A stretch of 63,502 bases of DNA, filler included, from Folioceros fuciformis (Eukaryota), in NCBI GenBank assembly GCA_049999805.1. It is 18 parts of 18 records of this genome, joined end to end, with 100 filler letters (N's around TTAATTAATTAA, not from the genome) between each part and the next. Parts side by side here need not be neighbours in the genome. Positions count along the whole stretch, not along the records: positions 32,023 to 37,822 come from JBNGIO010002836.1; positions 37,923 to 40,246 come from JBNGIO010002837.1; positions 40,347 to 43,418 come from JBNGIO010002839.1; positions 43,519 to 53,638 come from JBNGIO010002840.1; 14 more parts are not named here. One strand, given 5' to 3'. Each line of letters begins with the position of its first letter. The stretch's first letter is position 1. Under the pieces are notes generated by a model, which did not search any database, was not told the origin of the DNA, and saw only the letters and a program-made list of their open reading frames with translations. Of the stretch, positions 35,437 to 48,068 are shown in pieces. Both the position numbers and the translations under genes were made by a program.

Positions 35437-36951
35437 TCAGTTATCAGCCTTCCGTTTACATAAACTTACTAGACATCCGTCCTTCGGCGCAATGGTGGGA
35501 GTGTACAGGAGATCATCACACCCTGGTGTGCGGACCCGGGTCCAGTCCACCAAGGATGTGAAGAGAGCAACAAAGAGCATCAGGTGGTTAATAGCATACC
35601 GCTGTCCCAAACATTGGTGAGGTCCTGCTCCGAATGGGAGCCAGTTCCTTTTGTGCAAAAGGTCCTCTTGCCGCTCTGGAGAAAACCTGCCGGGATCAAA
35701 GGTGTGTGGGTTTGTGAAGCCTTGGAAGGAGGATTCGAATAGCGATGGGAAGACAATGGTGCCTTTGGGAACTGTGTAGGTGTCTGTGAGAGCAAAATCT
35801 GAATTCGCTACGTGGGGAACCATGGTTGCTGGGGGTCGGAACCTCAACACCTCCTTCACCACCATCTCAGTATACTTGAGCTCTCTAAGTTGTTCAGGAG
35901 TGAAGAAGCTGGATGGATCGGGCTTCACAGACTTCACCTCTTGCCTCACCTTTGAAAGCACCTCAGGATGGGAATCGAGGAGGCTTACAGCCCAGGCAAG
36001 AGAGGACGTTGATGCATCCTGTGCCGCAAACAGGAAGTCAAATATGTGCTGTCCAATGTCAGCATCAGAACTGTGTGGAGGTGGTGGGAGGCCAGCTGCT
36101 GCCGCCTCCTGTATCTCCTTCACGGTTTCCACCATCCAGAAGTCTGTCAGGCAAGCTGGGTCCTCAACTTTCATCATTCTCTTCTTGCTTAGCTTCGCAC
36201 AACCCGCAAGGGCGTCAATGAGCCTTTGAACAGCGTGATTGGCCTTGTAGAAAGCAAATCCGGGGAAGTTAACAGGGACACTCATCAGCCCCACGTTGAA
36301 GAGATTGTAGTCCTCGAAGAACTGCAACCTGGCATCCTGATTGAGGTAGGGCCCCACGAAAGCATTCTGCGAGGTCTCCAAGTTGAGATCCCTGCACAGG
36401 CTTCTCAATTGCACTGGATCACTTCCAGTGCGTTCCGCCATCTGAAGCCATTTTCCAATGTGCTGACGAATCGTTCTCTCTTGTATGGACACATACACGC
36501 CAAGGGCCTTGAGAGTGAAGAGGGGAGCAAGCCTCCGTCTCAAATCCTTGTGCTCTTCTCCATACATGAAAATAAGATTGCGCTCACCAAAGATCTTCTT
36601 GCCGAAAGGATGTCCAACAAGTTGGAATACCTCAGGCTTTACATTCGCAAAGATTTTCTGTGACATTTCAGAGTCTCTCACAAACACCACAAACCTGCCG
36701 AATAACACGTTCCACGACATGCCAATTTTCCTGGCAGCGCTGGCCTGAGCGTCCCAAAATCTTGTCGGATCGTTCACCACGCCTAATAATCCCCCAAAAA
36801 ATGGAAATACAAAACCAGGTCCTGGCAAGTGCTTTCCTTTCCTCATGTATGTGAGCTGCTCCAAAAGGAGCAGCAGAGTCAAAACCAAACCCGTAAGCAG
36901 CCGCCAATCAGCAGCCCAAAACCATCCCATCAGAGACGAGGGCTGCTCCAT
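35437..36951 (-). CDS. CYP710A: Cytochrome P450 CYP710, sterol C-22 desaturase; intronless, ~504 aa
   Basis: N-terminal TM helix, LPGP hinge, GHPFGKK, FDFLFAAQDASTS (CYP710/CYP61 I-helix), EVLR, FGAGPHQCLG heme motif; first ATG at 36951. Confidence 0.97.
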   Translation of the reverse strand: MEQPSSLMGWFWAADWRLLTGLVLTLLLLLEQLTYMRKGKHLPGPGFVFPFFGGLLGVVNDPTRFWDAQASAARKIGMSWNVLFGRFVVFVRDSEMSQKIFANVKPEVFQLVGHPFGKKIFGERNLIFMYGEEHKDLRRRLAPLFTLKALGVYVSIQERTIRQHIGKWLQMAERTGSDPVQLRSLCRDLNLETSQNAFVGPYLNQDARLQFFEDYNLFNVGLMSVPVNFPGFAFYKANHAVQRLIDALAGCAKLSKKRMMKVEDPACLTDFWMVETVKEIQEAAAAGLPPPPHSSDADIGQHIFDFLFAAQDASTSSLAWAVSLLDSHPEVLSKVRQEVKSVKPDPSSFFTPEQLRELKYTEMVVKEVLRFRPPATMVPHVANSDFALTDTYTVPKGTIVFPSLFESSFQGFTNPHTFDPGRFSPERQEDLLHKRNWLPFGAGPHQCLGQRYAINHLMLFVALFTSLVDWTRVRTPGCDDLLYTPTIAPKDGCLVSLCKRKADN

Positions 36952-38254
36952 GCCGTCCGTCAGCGCTTTTTCCTTACTTGAAACGACTTTTTGAGCCACT
37001 TCCTGTCCTCAGACGCTCAACTTGGAGATACAAACAGAGATAGCTTTGAACCTGCCAAACAAAACAAACCTAGCTTCAAGGTCCTCTAAAGTAGAAACAA
37101 ATGGTAGCAACTGGGCTGGCCACCTTCCGTCCTAATTTGAAGCGGTGGATGGCCTTGGACGGTGGAGGACTGTGCAACAAGGGCCGAGATCTGTACGTGG
37201 AACCACATGGCCATGCGAGGCGCATCTCTCACAGAGTTAGTGCCCACACAACCATCGCAGTGCAAAGGATAGTAAGTAGCAACATGTCCAGGTATCGCAG
37301 CTAGCGAGGCATGCCAAGCCATGCAGGATGAGACGACTCAGCAGGGGAAGGGGACTCAATGACTGGGTCAGAGATTCATACCTTCCACATAAGCTCCCGT
37401 CCAGATGCACCCCATCTCCTCAGCTGCTACAAACCTGCGCATCTCAGCCTGATTGCAAAGCAGACAGGGAGGCACTGGTTAGGCATTCGGCACAGCAAGG
37501 AGACGGGAGTCAAGCTGCACCACATAACGGAGAGGGGCAGGATGGTACCCAGGAAGCAGCAGGCCGCCCTGGAGGTCTACTGGGCCGGCAGAGACGTTAG
37601 CTGGCAAATAAACACTACTACCAATGGCTCGCAAAAGCTGCAGCCACAGTAAACACGTGCGAGGAGGCCCTCGGGGTAGATGTGTGATGAATCCGGTGCA
37701 CAGTGCCGAATGTGTTGGCAATCCTTTCCACCGTTTCCACCCGAGCCGAGGCCTCATTCCCAGCTTCTGCTTTACAGACTAAACTCGGGGTATTTGCGTG
37801 CACTGCGTGCATCACCTGGCCCNNNNNNNNNNNNNNNNNNNNNNNNNNNNNNNNNNNNNNNNNNNNTTAATTAATTAANNNNNNNNNNNNNNNNNNNNNN
37901 NNNNNNNNNNNNNNNNNNNNNNGCGTCGCCTCGCGTGCCACGTCCTGTTGCATTATTGTGTCATCCCATCCAGGCAGGTTCGGTCATTATCCTCAAACTC
38001 ACTCCGTCGGAGGCCTTCTTTCTTCATGTTGCTTGCATTTAAATCGGGCTTGTAGTAGCCAGTCTCGCAAAATCTGGTATCGTTTCCGATAGAGATGCCT
38101 TATTGGCAGCTAACTGCCAGCTTTGTATTTAGTTCCCATCATTTTCTTAATGAATAAGATCTACCTCGCAATTTATGCATCTAGCTTCAGTCATTCCTGC
38201 GTACCGGGGTTTTAGTTTCAGTGTCTCGAATTAGTAACCGGCCTTTCAGGATTG

Positions 38255-38352
38255 TTTAGGGTTTAGGATTTTAGGGTTTAGGGTTTTAAGATTTAGGTTT
38301 TGGGCTTAGGGTTTTAGGGCTTAGTGGTTTAGGGTTTTAGGGTTTAGGGGTT
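38255..38352 (+). repeat. Degenerate interstitial plant telomeric tract (TTTAGGG)n
   Basis: About a dozen perfect or near-perfect TTTAGGG units. Confidence 0.85.
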
Positions 38353-38579
38353 ACACGATTTTTTTTCATGAGTAACAAGGGATTGCTAGTCAATATTATG
38401 CAACCTCTAAACTAGGAAGGGTTAGGGGATGCAGTGGGCAAGGCTTCAATAAAAATCTAATGATTTCATGTTATTTGAGCCTTTTTTCATGTTATTTTAC
38501 ATCTTCTCATAGCTCTTGGCTGATGTCTTTCATTGGTTTCAAGAGATAAATTTCGCTCCAATGTTGATATGGCTAGTTG

Positions 38580-39100
38580 CAAGTACTATACATTATGTGA
38601 AAGTTGAAAATTAAAGGCACTAATCACGGATTCTACGAGAATGATCAAATAGAAATTGGTGTAACAACCTTACTATAACCCACACGTAACAAAGGCTGCA
38701 AGTCTTCTTAAAGTAGTCTATCTAGACATCTATGGACATCAAAATGTACACTAGGCTAGCGAACATTATGTTGTTCACATTTTAACTTCACTAAACGAGT
38801 TAAGCTCTTTTTGCATAGTCTTTATTTCTTAATAAATAACTAAACATTTAGAGGCTCTACTGTTGTTTGTATTTTATGGGTAGAAGATCATAAGCATATC
38901 TCAAGTTTAGGAGACAACAAGCAAAATGCTTAGTTCTTAGACCATGTTGAAATGACTAAAACATAGACATATAAAGTACTTAAGAGGCTATATAGTGACA
39001 ATAAATAAGAGTCTATAAGACAAACATTGCTAAGAAAAAAACATAGTCCATCAACTTACAATCCCTTACTATCCTCCACAAAACTCTTAATAATATAGTG
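38580..39100 (+). pseudogene. Highly eroded copia integrase remnant
   Basis: Residual TLCES, KAASLLKVVYLDIYG and LTIPYYPPQN in AT-rich DNA. Confidence 0.6.
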
Positions 39101-39612
39101 AGTAATACCACTACACTTAAGAGAAAAGATACACAAAGGCTAAACTTTGTAGTTGCTACTAGGCTAAGTTATAGCGCTATTAATTATGTTTGCAACTAAT
39201 TATCATAAAGCCTTTACTTGATTATAGCTTTTTGAATGATGAAGTTAGCAATCGATTAGCTTCTAAAACTATTTTCATACTACACATCAATGAACTTATA
39301 GCTTGACCACATCCATGAACTAGCTTGACAACTTTCACCCATTGTTGTAGCTTCATTGGTACCTAATCCTTATGACACACCAACCACTTACAAGCATACT
39401 TTACTTAGCCCACAAAAGTTAGAAGGACAAAAAAATGATTGATTCAAAATATGATAGTCTTATTGGCAGAAAAACCTACTAATTAATTTTAGTATAAGTA
39501 GATTGAAAAGCAATCACACACTTAGAAGTGGGTGTTTAAGTTAAAGCTTAAACCTAACAAATCTATACTTCATTATAGGCCAGATTGGTAGCAAAGTGCC
39601 ATCCTAGGTCTA

Positions 39613-39802
39613 GGGGTTGGATTGTAATAAAATAGGGCCGGCCTGATTCTGGGGTTGGATGGTAATAAAATAGGGCCGGCCTGATTCTGGGGTTGGATGG
39701 TAATAAAATAGGGCCGGCCTGATTCTGGGGTTGGATTGTAATAAAATAGGGCCGGCCTGATTCTGGGGTTGGATTGTAATAAAATAGGGCCGGCCTGATT
39801 CT
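39613..39802. repeat. 38-bp tandem repeat x5
   Basis: ggggttggat(t/g)gtaataaaatagggccggcctgattct. Confidence 0.97.
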
Positions 39803-41877
39803 GCTGACTGTGCTGTGTGTGACCACTCCTTATTAAATTGAGGTGAGGTGGTTCCAGCCATATATATATTTTGTTGTTTGGGAGTAGCAGTGTACGGAAT
39901 AGTGGAGCTTTAAAACGTGATAGAACTCAGGGACACATCACGTACACCTGCGCAATTATCCTATTTCATCTTTCCTGAGGTCCGACACATCACAGCTCGT
40001 GGGGAGACCTGGTGAGGCAAGCTTGGTTGCTTAATGAGTGTTTGATTGCCGTATCAAAAGGTTTCGAAGTTGTCAGTGGCACATTATGGACCCGGAATGG
40101 CTGCGAAGTGATTTCACCAGAGGCATCAGTCTGCAGACTCTGCATGCAGCCTTGCGAGTGAAGAAAGCATGGTCAAGTGAGGGAGCCGACGCCATCTTGA
40201 GAGCTATTTCCCACGTGGGGACTGGACGGCCAGATGAAACTATGGGNNNNNNNNNNNNNNNNNNNNNNNNNNNNNNNNNNNNNNNNNNNNTTAATTAATT
40301 AANNNNNNNNNNNNNNNNNNNNNNNNNNNNNNNNNNNNNNNNNNNNTCGGAGAGTCACTCGAGATTATGGCTTCACTCAAGCACCTCGCTATTACCAGAT
40401 GTTCGGCGAGAATTGGATGGATGCCCTCATCCATACCTTGTAAGAACAAGGGTGGTCTCCGCCATCAGGATTCCATCGTCATCAATCCGAGACGGCATCA
40501 GATCACTCAGGAGAGCCCTTGAACTGACAACATCGGAGAACACAAGAGCAATTGAGAAGATCTAACTCTCTGCCTCAATCTCAACTCGATTCAAGCCACG
40601 GAGAGGTGCTTCTCTAGGGCGCCTTGATCGGCTAAGGTCCCACAGACGTCAAGCTTCCTCAACTGACCAAGAATCCTCAAGGAGCTTTGTGGATTGGGCG
40701 GAGAGCGATGAGGATTTGATCATCATCGAATCTCAGTAATTACAGCATTCATCTTGAGAGAGGAAGCGCGAGATCTGTACAAGCCTAGGGCGCCTCAGCT
40801 GCTAGAGTCGACGTCGACCAAGGAGGCGCTCCTTCAGCAATCGCCCCGCCAACCACCATCCTCACCGACCTCAGAGATGCGGGAGCAGGAGGCGCGCAAG
40901 GGGGAGGCAGACAATTTGCCCTAGGCACTTCGCGGGCGGTTGCACCCGCCGGCAAACCGTTATCCAACTTAAGTTGGATAACGCGCAGCTGCACCCGCAG
41001 GGTCGCAAGTTGATTGACCCTAAACCCACTGAATAGCGATATCTTCAACTTGCTTGACATATTTACAAGACAAGAAGTGTGGCTCAACTACCTAGTGTGT
41101 ATGGAGCAAGCAGCCACTCAATTCGTGTCCTACTCATACTTGTAGTTATGGTAAAGGTATTTTTCCAGAGTAAGGGTTTTGAAGAGCAACAGGCTCTTCA
41201 CATGCTCTCTTTGCGTTGCGCTAAAGATTCGTATCCGCAACACCTCCAGAGTAGAACAAGGTATCCTTCAAGATTAAAGGGGATGCTTTATGATAAGTTT
41301 GTTAGATGCCACTATATCCCTTTGCTCCAATGTCTACCCTCTCCTTGCTTAAACCCACAGTAGAGATTGTGAAGAACCAAGGCAGGAGATGCACTGGCAT
41401 GCCACCACATATCCATGCGGCCAAGGTTAAGACATAGGGGACATGGTCTACAATTTGTGCTCATGCATGTTCACCATTTGTAGTTGGTGCACCGATAAAC
41501 CGGCACACCAAAGGCATAAGAGTCGTTTATTTTCAAGTTGTAAGAAACATGTCCACCAACAGCATGGTCTGGAAGTTAAAAATAAGAGAAGTGTTAATGT
41601 ATAACGCATGTCAACAAATGATGATTTTCTAAAAAATAGGTAAAATGTGGATACATTACTAGGATTTTGTTATCTCAAGCGTGCACTAAACGGGGTATAT
41701 GGAATCTAATTGTTAGGCGTAGACTATATTACATGTATTTAGTTTATTGGGGATGAAAGGTGAGAACTTATCTTAGACTAATGATAACCTATTAAAGACC
41801 TATACATCATGACAATATAGGATAAGAATAGGACTATCCTATTGGTGATAGTGGACGACCCACATTACTGAATGATT

Positions 41878-42170
41878 GAGGTTGAGAGCGATGACTTTGT
41901 AAACACTGAGTAGGAGCACCTGAAAGATGTTGAGAGCGATGACTTTGTAAACACTGAGTAGGAGCACCTGAAAGATGTTGAGAGCGATGACTTTGTAAAC
42001 ACTGAGTAGTAGCACCTGAAAGATGTTGAGAGCGATGACTTTGTAAACACTAAGTAGTAGCACCTGAAAGATGTTGAGAGCGATGACTTTGTAAACACTC
42101 AGTAGTAGCACCTGAAAGATGTTAAGAGCGATGACTTTGTAAACACTAAGTAGTAGCACCTGAAAGATGT
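41878..42170. repeat. 48-bp tandem repeat x6
   Basis: gatgttgagagcgatgactttgtaaacactgagtaggagcacctgaaa. Confidence 0.97.
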
Positions 42171-43518
42171 AAACGTCGTTGTAGATTCAAAGGCAAATCA
42201 AGAAGACCCCTTTTCGTTTTAAATAACAATTGTTCCCATTTGCAACCCTAGAACCCTTTTTCTTCGCGAAAAAAAAGGCATACCTAGCCTAAACTAATTT
42301 CTATTTCTATGTCCCTATGATTCTATGTTCCTATGATACAATACATGATCATACTTGCTATGAACTTTCCCTCTAACAAGGGAATGTCTCAAATCCCTTG
42401 AATTAGTTAGCATGTTGACTCATTCCTTTAGACAACTAAGTTACGTAAGTGTCATGTAATATTCCTTCTTACATTTAGACAACTAAGTTATGTAAGTGTC
42501 ATGTAACATGTGAACCATAATAAGTGTCATGTAATATTCCTTCTTATAATATTCCTTCTTACATTTAGATAACTAAGCTATGTAAGTGTTATGTAACATG
42601 TGAACCATAACAATTCATAAATGATGAGCACACTTACAAATTGTGAAAGTGTAGTAGCAACATAGCAACTTTGTGGTCCAAAGAAATAGATGATGGAAAT
42701 GAAGTGCAAACAATTATTACTTGGAGGCAAGTTTGACACAAACGACTACAAAAGTTTGGTTGTTCACTTGCCCCTCTCTCTTGTGCATCTTGTTAATGTA
42801 AAGACCTATCAACTATAGTGTCAATAATCATCAAGACCTTCTAAATTGATCATATAGACCTTTATTTCTTGAGAGTTGGAAAAATATATATTCGTCTCAT
42901 AAATGTTCAACATTACAACCCAAGAACCTAAGAGATACATCCTAACTTGTTGCTACACATTCTCCTAGAAGATTACAATCCCTTTAACAACATCCTAAGT
43001 ATCTTTTGCTATTTATCATATTTCAGTATATAAATTTTTTTCTTATAGTTCAAGGCACTCACTTACTTTCCAAGTACGCCTAGGGAGAAATTATTTTTGG
43101 CCTTAAAAAGTTTCAAAGATATTTTGATATTTTTTATCCCTACCTTAAAATGTTTTGTCGTTAGGCTAGACTCCGACGGGTATAACATTTCGCAAATGTA
43201 CCATATGGATAGGAGGGAATATTGTGACGGAAATGGCGTGCGGCTATTTTGCACTTGAATACATTCGATCCTCCTTTCTCCTTCTGCGTTGTGAATTGGG
43301 TAGAGAGCGTTTCGCGGATTGGAATTTGGAAGCCGCTGTCTCCTCACCGTCGTAAACGAAGGAAAGACTCGGGTCAGGAGCGCATTAGCCGGGGTGATAA
43401 GATTCCATCTTCATCGATNNNNNNNNNNNNNNNNNNNNNNNNNNNNNNNNNNNNNNNNNNNNTTAATTAATTAANNNNNNNNNNNNNNNNNNNNNNNNNN
43501 NNNNNNNNNNNNNNNNNN

Positions 43519-43935
43519 ATCGTGTGCCCTACTTTGTTGACAAGAGAATGAGCTTCAAACCCTGGATCTAGATCGTGTGCCCTACTTTGTTGACAAGAGA
43601 ATGAGCTTCAAACCTTGGATGCCCTACCTTACTGAGAAGAGAATGATCTTCAAACCATGGATGATGTAGACCATGTGCTCTACCTTGTTGACAAGAGAAT
43701 GAGCTTAAACCTTGGATGTAGACTATGTGCCCACCTTGTTGATAAGAGAATGAGCTTCAAACCCTGGATCTAGATCGTGTGCCCACCTTGTTGACAAGAG
43801 AATGAACTTCAAACCCTACATCTAAACCGTGTGCCCTACCCTTTTTGACCAGAGAATGAACTTCAAGCCCTGCATCTAGACCTTGTGCCCTACCCTTGTT
43901 GACCACAGAATCAGCTTCAAACCTTGGATCTAGCC
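43519..43935. repeat. Degenerate ~53-55-bp tandem repeat, ~8 copies
   Basis: atcgtgtgccctac...gacaagagaatgagcttcaaaccctggatctag variants. Confidence 0.9.
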
Positions 43936-46900
43936 TATATGTACTTCAATGTGATAGATACGTTGAGGCTAGAATAAGAATTTTATATTAAAAGGTTACA
44001 AGAGGTCCTTCATTCTTAGCAGTTTTGATGTATGTGATGCGTAAGGTTATGCCAAGTAAAGAATTTAATGTTGGAAGGTTATAGGGGTTTCTTCTTTCTT
44101 AGTAGTAAATACAAATGTAAAGTACTAAATTGAGCTTTTCAAGTATAATATATGTAAGTTATGCCAAGATAATAATTTTATATTAGAAGGATGAAAAGGT
44201 TTTTTTTTTCCTTAATATCTTTCTTAGTAGCAAAAATAAATATAAAGTACCAAGATAATAATTTTATAAAGTATTTTATAAAGTTTAACGTTGTCTAGCT
44301 TTCTATAAACGAATCAAACATTGAGTGATTCTAGTAAGGTATATTCTTCTTTCATCTAGACAACGACAACAAGTTATTTCAACAAAGTTTGAAAGGAGGG
44401 CTCAACTACTTGGTGGGTGCTGTGGATGGCTCCTTCATGAAGTTAAGTGCCAAGCCTCCACCAAGGTATACTCAGGCCATGTATCATGGCGAGTGTTTAG
44501 GGTTATTGCAATATTTTGCAAGGTGTTTGTAAGCCCCAACATGTGTACTTAGAGATACTTGTGAATAGTCTTGGAGGTTCTAAGGATGGAAGAACAAGGT
44601 GCAGTCTCTATTCACATAGCCTATTATCTTGGTTGAAGGTGATCATATCCCAGAACACAACACAACATCCTTTGGCCGCCTTGTCATAGCGGAGAAAACA
44701 TTTTCTACTCTCAACAGCCGCTGCCCGGCACCCGAATATCTCACTGTGCAATTCCTTGTCGTCATGGTGGGAAAAAATCTAGCTGAGAGCACGAATCCAG
44801 TGATCCCAAGACACGCACTCACTTTGCAAAATGGGGTAAAATTGGATTATTAATATCGAATATATTATAAATAGGGGGAGGGGGGGATAGGGTGAGCCAC
44901 AACGGGAGGGGCTGGACTGTGTCGGGCGCCGACGGACGCCCTATGTTCAGGAAAAGAGTGCGACCGGATATGCTCGCGACGGACAGAGCGCCTCGGAGTG
45001 CCTTCAGTCTGAGATCCGCGTGTCTTGAGCTTTGCTGTAACGCGTGCGGACTCGGCCTCCAGAGGCGGGCATGGACATCCGAACCCGGAGTTGTCTGGGT
45101 GCCCTTGCCTACCCCTTAGGGCCCCGCGATTACTCTGGTCATGTGATCACGTTCTGGCTTTGTGTGGGTCTTCTTCGCCGACTAGAGGCTCTCGACGGGC
45201 ACAGCGGGTATGGCAAAGTCGTAGGATTTTCTTGCTTGCGACGTGTGCAACTGACGCTTATCGGGACTGACAACGTGAGGTGTCACTAGAGCCTGGTTGC
45301 AGCGTGTTGTAGTTTCTTGTTGTTGTCAATCAGCAGCTATGGATGGGCTTTTTTTGGTTTTGTGTCACGAGTCCACGTAGTTTCGTCTGTGTTTTCTGCA
45401 GGGTTTCAGATACCAGAACCTGAAGGTATGTTCCACTAGCATTTTGTTTCAGGGGTTTTTTTTGGTTTGACAGTGATGGTCGTGTCAGCAGTCACCACCA
45501 TGTTGCCTCCAGCAAGTACTCGATGAAGCGAGGGGGCTGGTGGATGAGGGTTATGTCGGGTGTGATGTGACAGAAAAACAACAAGTTGAGTCGGCCGGCG
45601 GACTTCCGGCCGTCCATCTTGGCAGCTACGGTGTGAAAGGCAGAAAAGGTAGAGGAGTAGACTAGGTTGGCAGCTCGATAATTGTTTTGCAGCATCGGTG
45701 TTGACACACACAGCCCTGCCAGGCCTTGTTTTTATCCGAAGGTCACTGTAGTTTGGCAGCTCGGCAAAATTGTTCGGCTATGGCGATGTGGATGTTGAAG
45801 CATCCAGAGCATCTCCTGGCCTGGATATCATTTATGTAATGCAGCTTTGCGTTTTCGTACCACAAAGCATATTTTGATTCCTTTGGCTTATCTTTCCACT
45901 CCCCGCCCTGCAAACTCAAGCAGGACAAAGTTGGATTTAGGCAGGCTCCGTGTGCTGTGGGGATCCCATCCCACTCACTACACTGTTTGTACTTCGACCT
46001 GTAGGGATGTGGGACAATGTGCACTGTACCGGTGGAGGCAGCCAGGCAGGCAAGCGGTTAGTGAAAAACTTAGGTGGGTGTTGCCAGATACATCATGTGC
46101 AACCTGCCTTGACGTGGCTCTGACGGACTGTTTTCCAAAATGCTTTGTGTTCACCTGGTCAGTCTTTGCCAAAGGTTTCCGAAGAGGAAGTGGAGGGGAG
46201 AGGGAGGGGAACCCGGCGCTCGACTTCCAACTTCCCGCTCTCCAATGCTTTGCTGGAAATAGGGTGTGCCAACCCCATTCGTAGGGGATGTCAGATGGCA
46301 GGACCTATGTCCTTTCCCGTCCCTTCCCTTTTGGGTTCATGTATGTACACAACAAGAGGGAAAGAGGCGCCGGCCGGGTCCGGCCCATAATTGCCACATT
46401 GTTACACCCAGGACACAGCGCGCGCTGGCTGGCCGGCTGGTGGCAGGCGGGGAGTCTGTTCCCACTCCTTGCCGGTGGCGCAGTACAGCCTTTTCACAGA
46501 GCGGCAGGCCAAACCTTGCACGGGCCTCGCGTCCTCACTAGCTGCCTTTACACCATGTCCTGGCCTCCATGCTTTTTCCCCATCTTTCACCCGCCGGACT
46601 CATCAGGGCTGCCTAATCTGTCTCTCCTCTCGGTTTCGGCTCACAAATCTGTTTCAACGGCCATCAATCCTGCCGCGTTCCTCCATTAAATACAGTGTGC
46701 ACAAAATATCATCCGACACTTTCGAGAACCTCCCGCCACTTCCGGAGCCGGGCCTCACCAAAAATTCAGCAGCAACCTCTCAGCTCTCTTGCTCCAAAGT
46801 CCTCCTTTCGTGCCATGACCTGTTCGTGAAGTCTGGTGACGTATCTTCGAATGCCATTTGTGAAGTCTCGGAAAGTCTCGTGACGTATGTTCGAATGCAA

Positions 46901-48068
46901 AAAGTTTATGAGGAAAGGAAACATTTTATCATAGGAAAAGAAGGATGCCGGGAATCCATCCGCCAAGACTAACCTTTCTCTCTCGTTGCCTATCTTGCCC
47001 AAGATGATATTTATGCTGCACTTGCTGGCATTCTTTACAAGGATTGGCTAATGCCCACTACTCTGCGAGTGGAAATAAAGCCTAAGATCAACAAAATAAA
47101 GCTTGGATCACCATTCCCATAGTCCACCCCTTAAACAAACCCTTGAGCAGCTCACTTTGCATGGGACCACTTCAACAAACCCCTCACCAGTTCATTGGAC
47201 CTTGTCTCATATGGTAAGGAAGGAAGGACCAACCTGAATGATATTTGTGAATGAGTTGCTGAGTGAACCGGATTTGTCAACCACACTAAAACTGACAACT
47301 GAGAGACACTAAAGAAAGAGTTGCACAAACTTACCACGGGGCCCAATTTCAACGTGAAGCTTCTATTCTAGCTAAAAGTGAGCTGCGTTAGCCGCAGTAA
47401 GGGCCCACATGTGTGGCACCCACCGATGCTTGCAAGCTCGCTCCCGCCCGCCCTTTGCTGTGTGCCGTGCAGTGCCTTGCAGCGCACTGGGATGAGCTCC
47501 CTCTGCTCTGCTCCACGCCCGCCTCTATGACGAATGCCCGCGCTTGCCTTGTTTCCCTCCCGCCAGCCACGCTCGTCCTGCGGCTTCCTGGCGCTTCGTG
47601 CCCTGACTGCTACCAAGCTCCGGCTGCTTCCGGTTCTGCTGCCGCTCCTGCCCCTGCTCCTGCTCCTGGTGCGGTCCCCGCAATGGACGCCGCTTCCGTT
47701 TCCCCCGAAGAGGAAGACACAGCGCTGAATGTCCCAGGAAAGGGGAGCTGTATCGGGAGTTGTGGAGGAATGGACCTTCGTCTCGCCCCGCCTGCAATCC
47801 CCGCTCTCGGCTTTCAATCTGAGGGAGATCAACCTGCCACCACTTCCTGAAGATGGAACGCCACACATCCAAGCCTAGAGTTCCGAACCTTCCTAGCTCC
47901 CTCTCACTCACAGCTCAGTTCAGGACCAGCTCGTTCCCGCATTTCTGTGACACGCCGAGCCGCAGCTTGTTGTCAGAATGACGCCGGCACCGGCTGAATT
48001 ACAGCGCGGCCAGCGCCTGCCCGGCTGTCTGAGGCTGCGAATGCCCTCCTGATCCTGCCTTCTGTCTC

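Noticed and set aside
36952-36999. 16-aa N-terminal extension of CYP710 from a GTG start
   Set aside because: Nuclear gene; the first ATG at 36951 precedes the TM anchor and gives a normal length
38255-38352. True chromosome end
   Set aside because: Short, degenerate and internal to the contig
39613-42170. 38-bp and 48-bp arrays as CRISPR arrays or coding repeats
   Set aside because: Head-to-tail units with no unique spacers, no cas genes, eukaryotic context; ORFs over them are by-products of the repeat
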